A DNA stretch of 63,958 nucleotides, counting the filler, from Octopus bimaculoides (taxonomy: Eukaryota), in NCBI RefSeq assembly GCF_001194135.2. It is 6 parts of 6 records of this genome, joined end to end, with 100 filler letters (N's around TTAATTAATTAA, not from the genome) between each part and the next. Parts side by side here need not be neighbours in the genome. Positions count along the whole stretch, not along the records: positions 57,357 to 63,958 come from NC_069005.1; 5 more parts are not named here. One strand, written 5' to 3'. Shown here in pieces: positions 62,237 to 63,958 of the stretch. The first letter of the stretch is position 1. Every line of letters starts with the position of its first letter. A program made the position numbers and the translations under genes. The notes under the pieces were generated by a model. That model worked only from the letters and a program-made list of their open reading frames with translations, was not told the DNA's origin and did not search any database.

Positions 62237-62800
62237 TACAAGGTGCATTCCAGAAGTTTTGCGAATGTCTTTTAGGAGAAACATTTATTAATTTCAAAGA
62301 AGTACAAAACTCTAAACTCTTTCCAAATAAGATCCTCTGGCTTCATTGCACTTATTGTAGCACTCCAGCCAGTTCGTAAAGGCCTCATGGAAGTTCCTCA
62401 AAGCGAAGGTGTTCAGGATCCTTGTCACAGCCTCTTTCATTTTCTCTTTCAGCTTGGGGAAAAAAAAAAAGGCATAGGGGGAAATGTATGAACTCTAGGG
62501 AAAGCAGGGGACAGTTTTGATACTAATCTCAGTCAAGTGGTTGCTTACCAGGATGGAATTGTGTACTAGTGCGTTGTTCTGGTGTATGTGCTCTGGCCTT
62601 TTGTGACAAAACTTCTCTCTGAACTCCCTCAAATCTCCACAAAGTGCTTTGTATTGAAATGCTGGCCAGAGTGAGCCTAGTGGCTATAGATGATACCCTT
62701 ATTATCGAAAAGGAGTATCATCTTGATCTTCCTAGTGGGTTTATTTTGCCTGGCCTCTTGGGCCAGCGAAAAACAGATATTTGGTCCATACATGTTAATT
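62237..62800 (-). mobile_element. Mariner-family remnant, 3' end
   Basis: TIR-like tacaaggtgcattccagaagt; minus-strand HEAFTNWLECYNKCNEARGSYL matches a mariner C-terminus. Confidence 0.6.
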
Positions 62801-62959
62801 TATAAGCAGTCTGTAGGATTTCTGTAGGGTTTCTGTAGCGTTTATTCATACCCAGTTTAACACAAAATTACCGAACTTCCAAATTGTTTTTGTATCCCGG
62901 CTGCATTCTGTGAAATAATCAGTTGTGACAATCAATATTTAGTAGAGTGTGTTCAAAGT

Positions 62960-63900
62960 GCTGTCGCAAGTTAGCTTTTCCCTTTTGTTCGATGAGCTTT
63001 TGCTATCTTTCTGGAAACTTCATCGTACCGCACTCGTAGAACTTCTGGTCCTTATCAGCTCAAAACTGAAGCAAGTGCGATTTCAGGTCATCATCATTAT
63101 TGAAAGTTTTACCATTCACTGAATTTTTTGCAAACTTCGAAATAAATAGTAATCTGATGGTACGAGGTCAGGGCTATATGGTGGATGTGACATCACTTCC
63201 CAATCAAGCTCCAATAATTTTTCACGAGTTAGCTAAGACGTGCGTGGTTTAGTGTTGTCATGGAAGACGATTCCTCTATGATTTGTCAATTCTGGCCGTT
63301 TTGCTTTGATTGCTTCCTCCAATTTCTTTAGCTGTTGACAGTGAACATCTGAATTGATGGTTTGGGTCCTTGGAAGCGGCTCAAAATACATAAAACCTTC
63401 GTAATCTCATTAAATTGATAGCGTGACCTTTTTTTGATGCAATTCGACTTTCGATGTGATTTGTGCTGGTTTATTACGCTTGGCCCATGATCGTTTTCGA
63501 TTAATGTTATTGTAGACTATCCATTTTTCATCACCAGTATTGATTTGTTTCAAAAAAAGGTCGATTTTATTGTGTTTGAGATGCATATCGCAAATATTGA
63601 TTCGTCCTGGTAAGTGAATCCCTTTCAATTTATGTGGAATTCAAATATCGAGCACCTTAACGAGTCCAAGACATTTTAAGAGATTTGTTGTGCGTGATGC
63701 ATTTAATCTCTCTGCAATCTTTCGCATAGTTATATGACAATCAGATTCAATTATGGCTTTGATTTGGTCGACCGGGACGTTGGTAATTCAATAGGTCGAC
63801 CGGTAATTTTTTAGTGAAAAATCTCCAGAACGGAATTTTTAAAAGAATTTTTGACATGTGCGTTCTGTTAAGCAATCAACACCATAAACTTCACATATTT
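62960..63900 (-). mobile_element. Mariner (D34D) transposase pseudogene
   Basis: TGDEKWIVYNN, FHDN, HPPYSPDLVPSDYYLFRSLQ, GKTFNNDDDLK and FYECG motifs, with stops and frameshifts. Confidence 0.85.
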
Positions 63901-63924
63901 CTTTGTGAGCTTCAACACACACAC

Positions 63925-63958
<34 letters not shown>

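Overview
AT-rich, repeat-dense animal genomic DNA from a short-read draft assembly. About 7-8 kb is N gaps, five of which carry a TTAATTAATTAA assembly linker. The SINE families and microsatellite load point to an octopod cephalopod such as Octopus (inferred from recognised repeats, not a database hit). I find no intact multi-exon gene, rRNA, functional tRNA or CRISPR array; the window reads as intronic or intergenic. It holds at least five SINE-like families (labelled A-E here) and remnants of many retroelements (Tx1/L1-like ORF1, R4/Dong, RTE-BovB, Ingi/Vingi-like, Penelope, Gypsy, solo LTRs) and DNA transposons (mariner, DD37D maT, hAT, MULE, Chapaev3-like, Helitron/Helentron-like). Best leads: (1) a 1.7-kb ORF1-only element nested in a family-B SINE with a 13-bp TSD, sharing its 3' tail with a SINE-B variant and an orphan 3' UTR, which suggests a SINE/half-LINE/LINE partnership that may target the SINE head; (2) a type I hammerhead ribozyme core at 38652-38788 (-) with a 98-nt stem II loop; (3) a tandem repeat whose units carry in-frame 15-18-nt micro-exon-like cassettes; (4) a recurring SINE/Dong/(AAT)n/SINE sandwich; (5) an old ~4-kb-spaced duplication with eroding splice sites in a stretch with several candidate short exons. 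All exon calls are low confidence and need RNA-seq.
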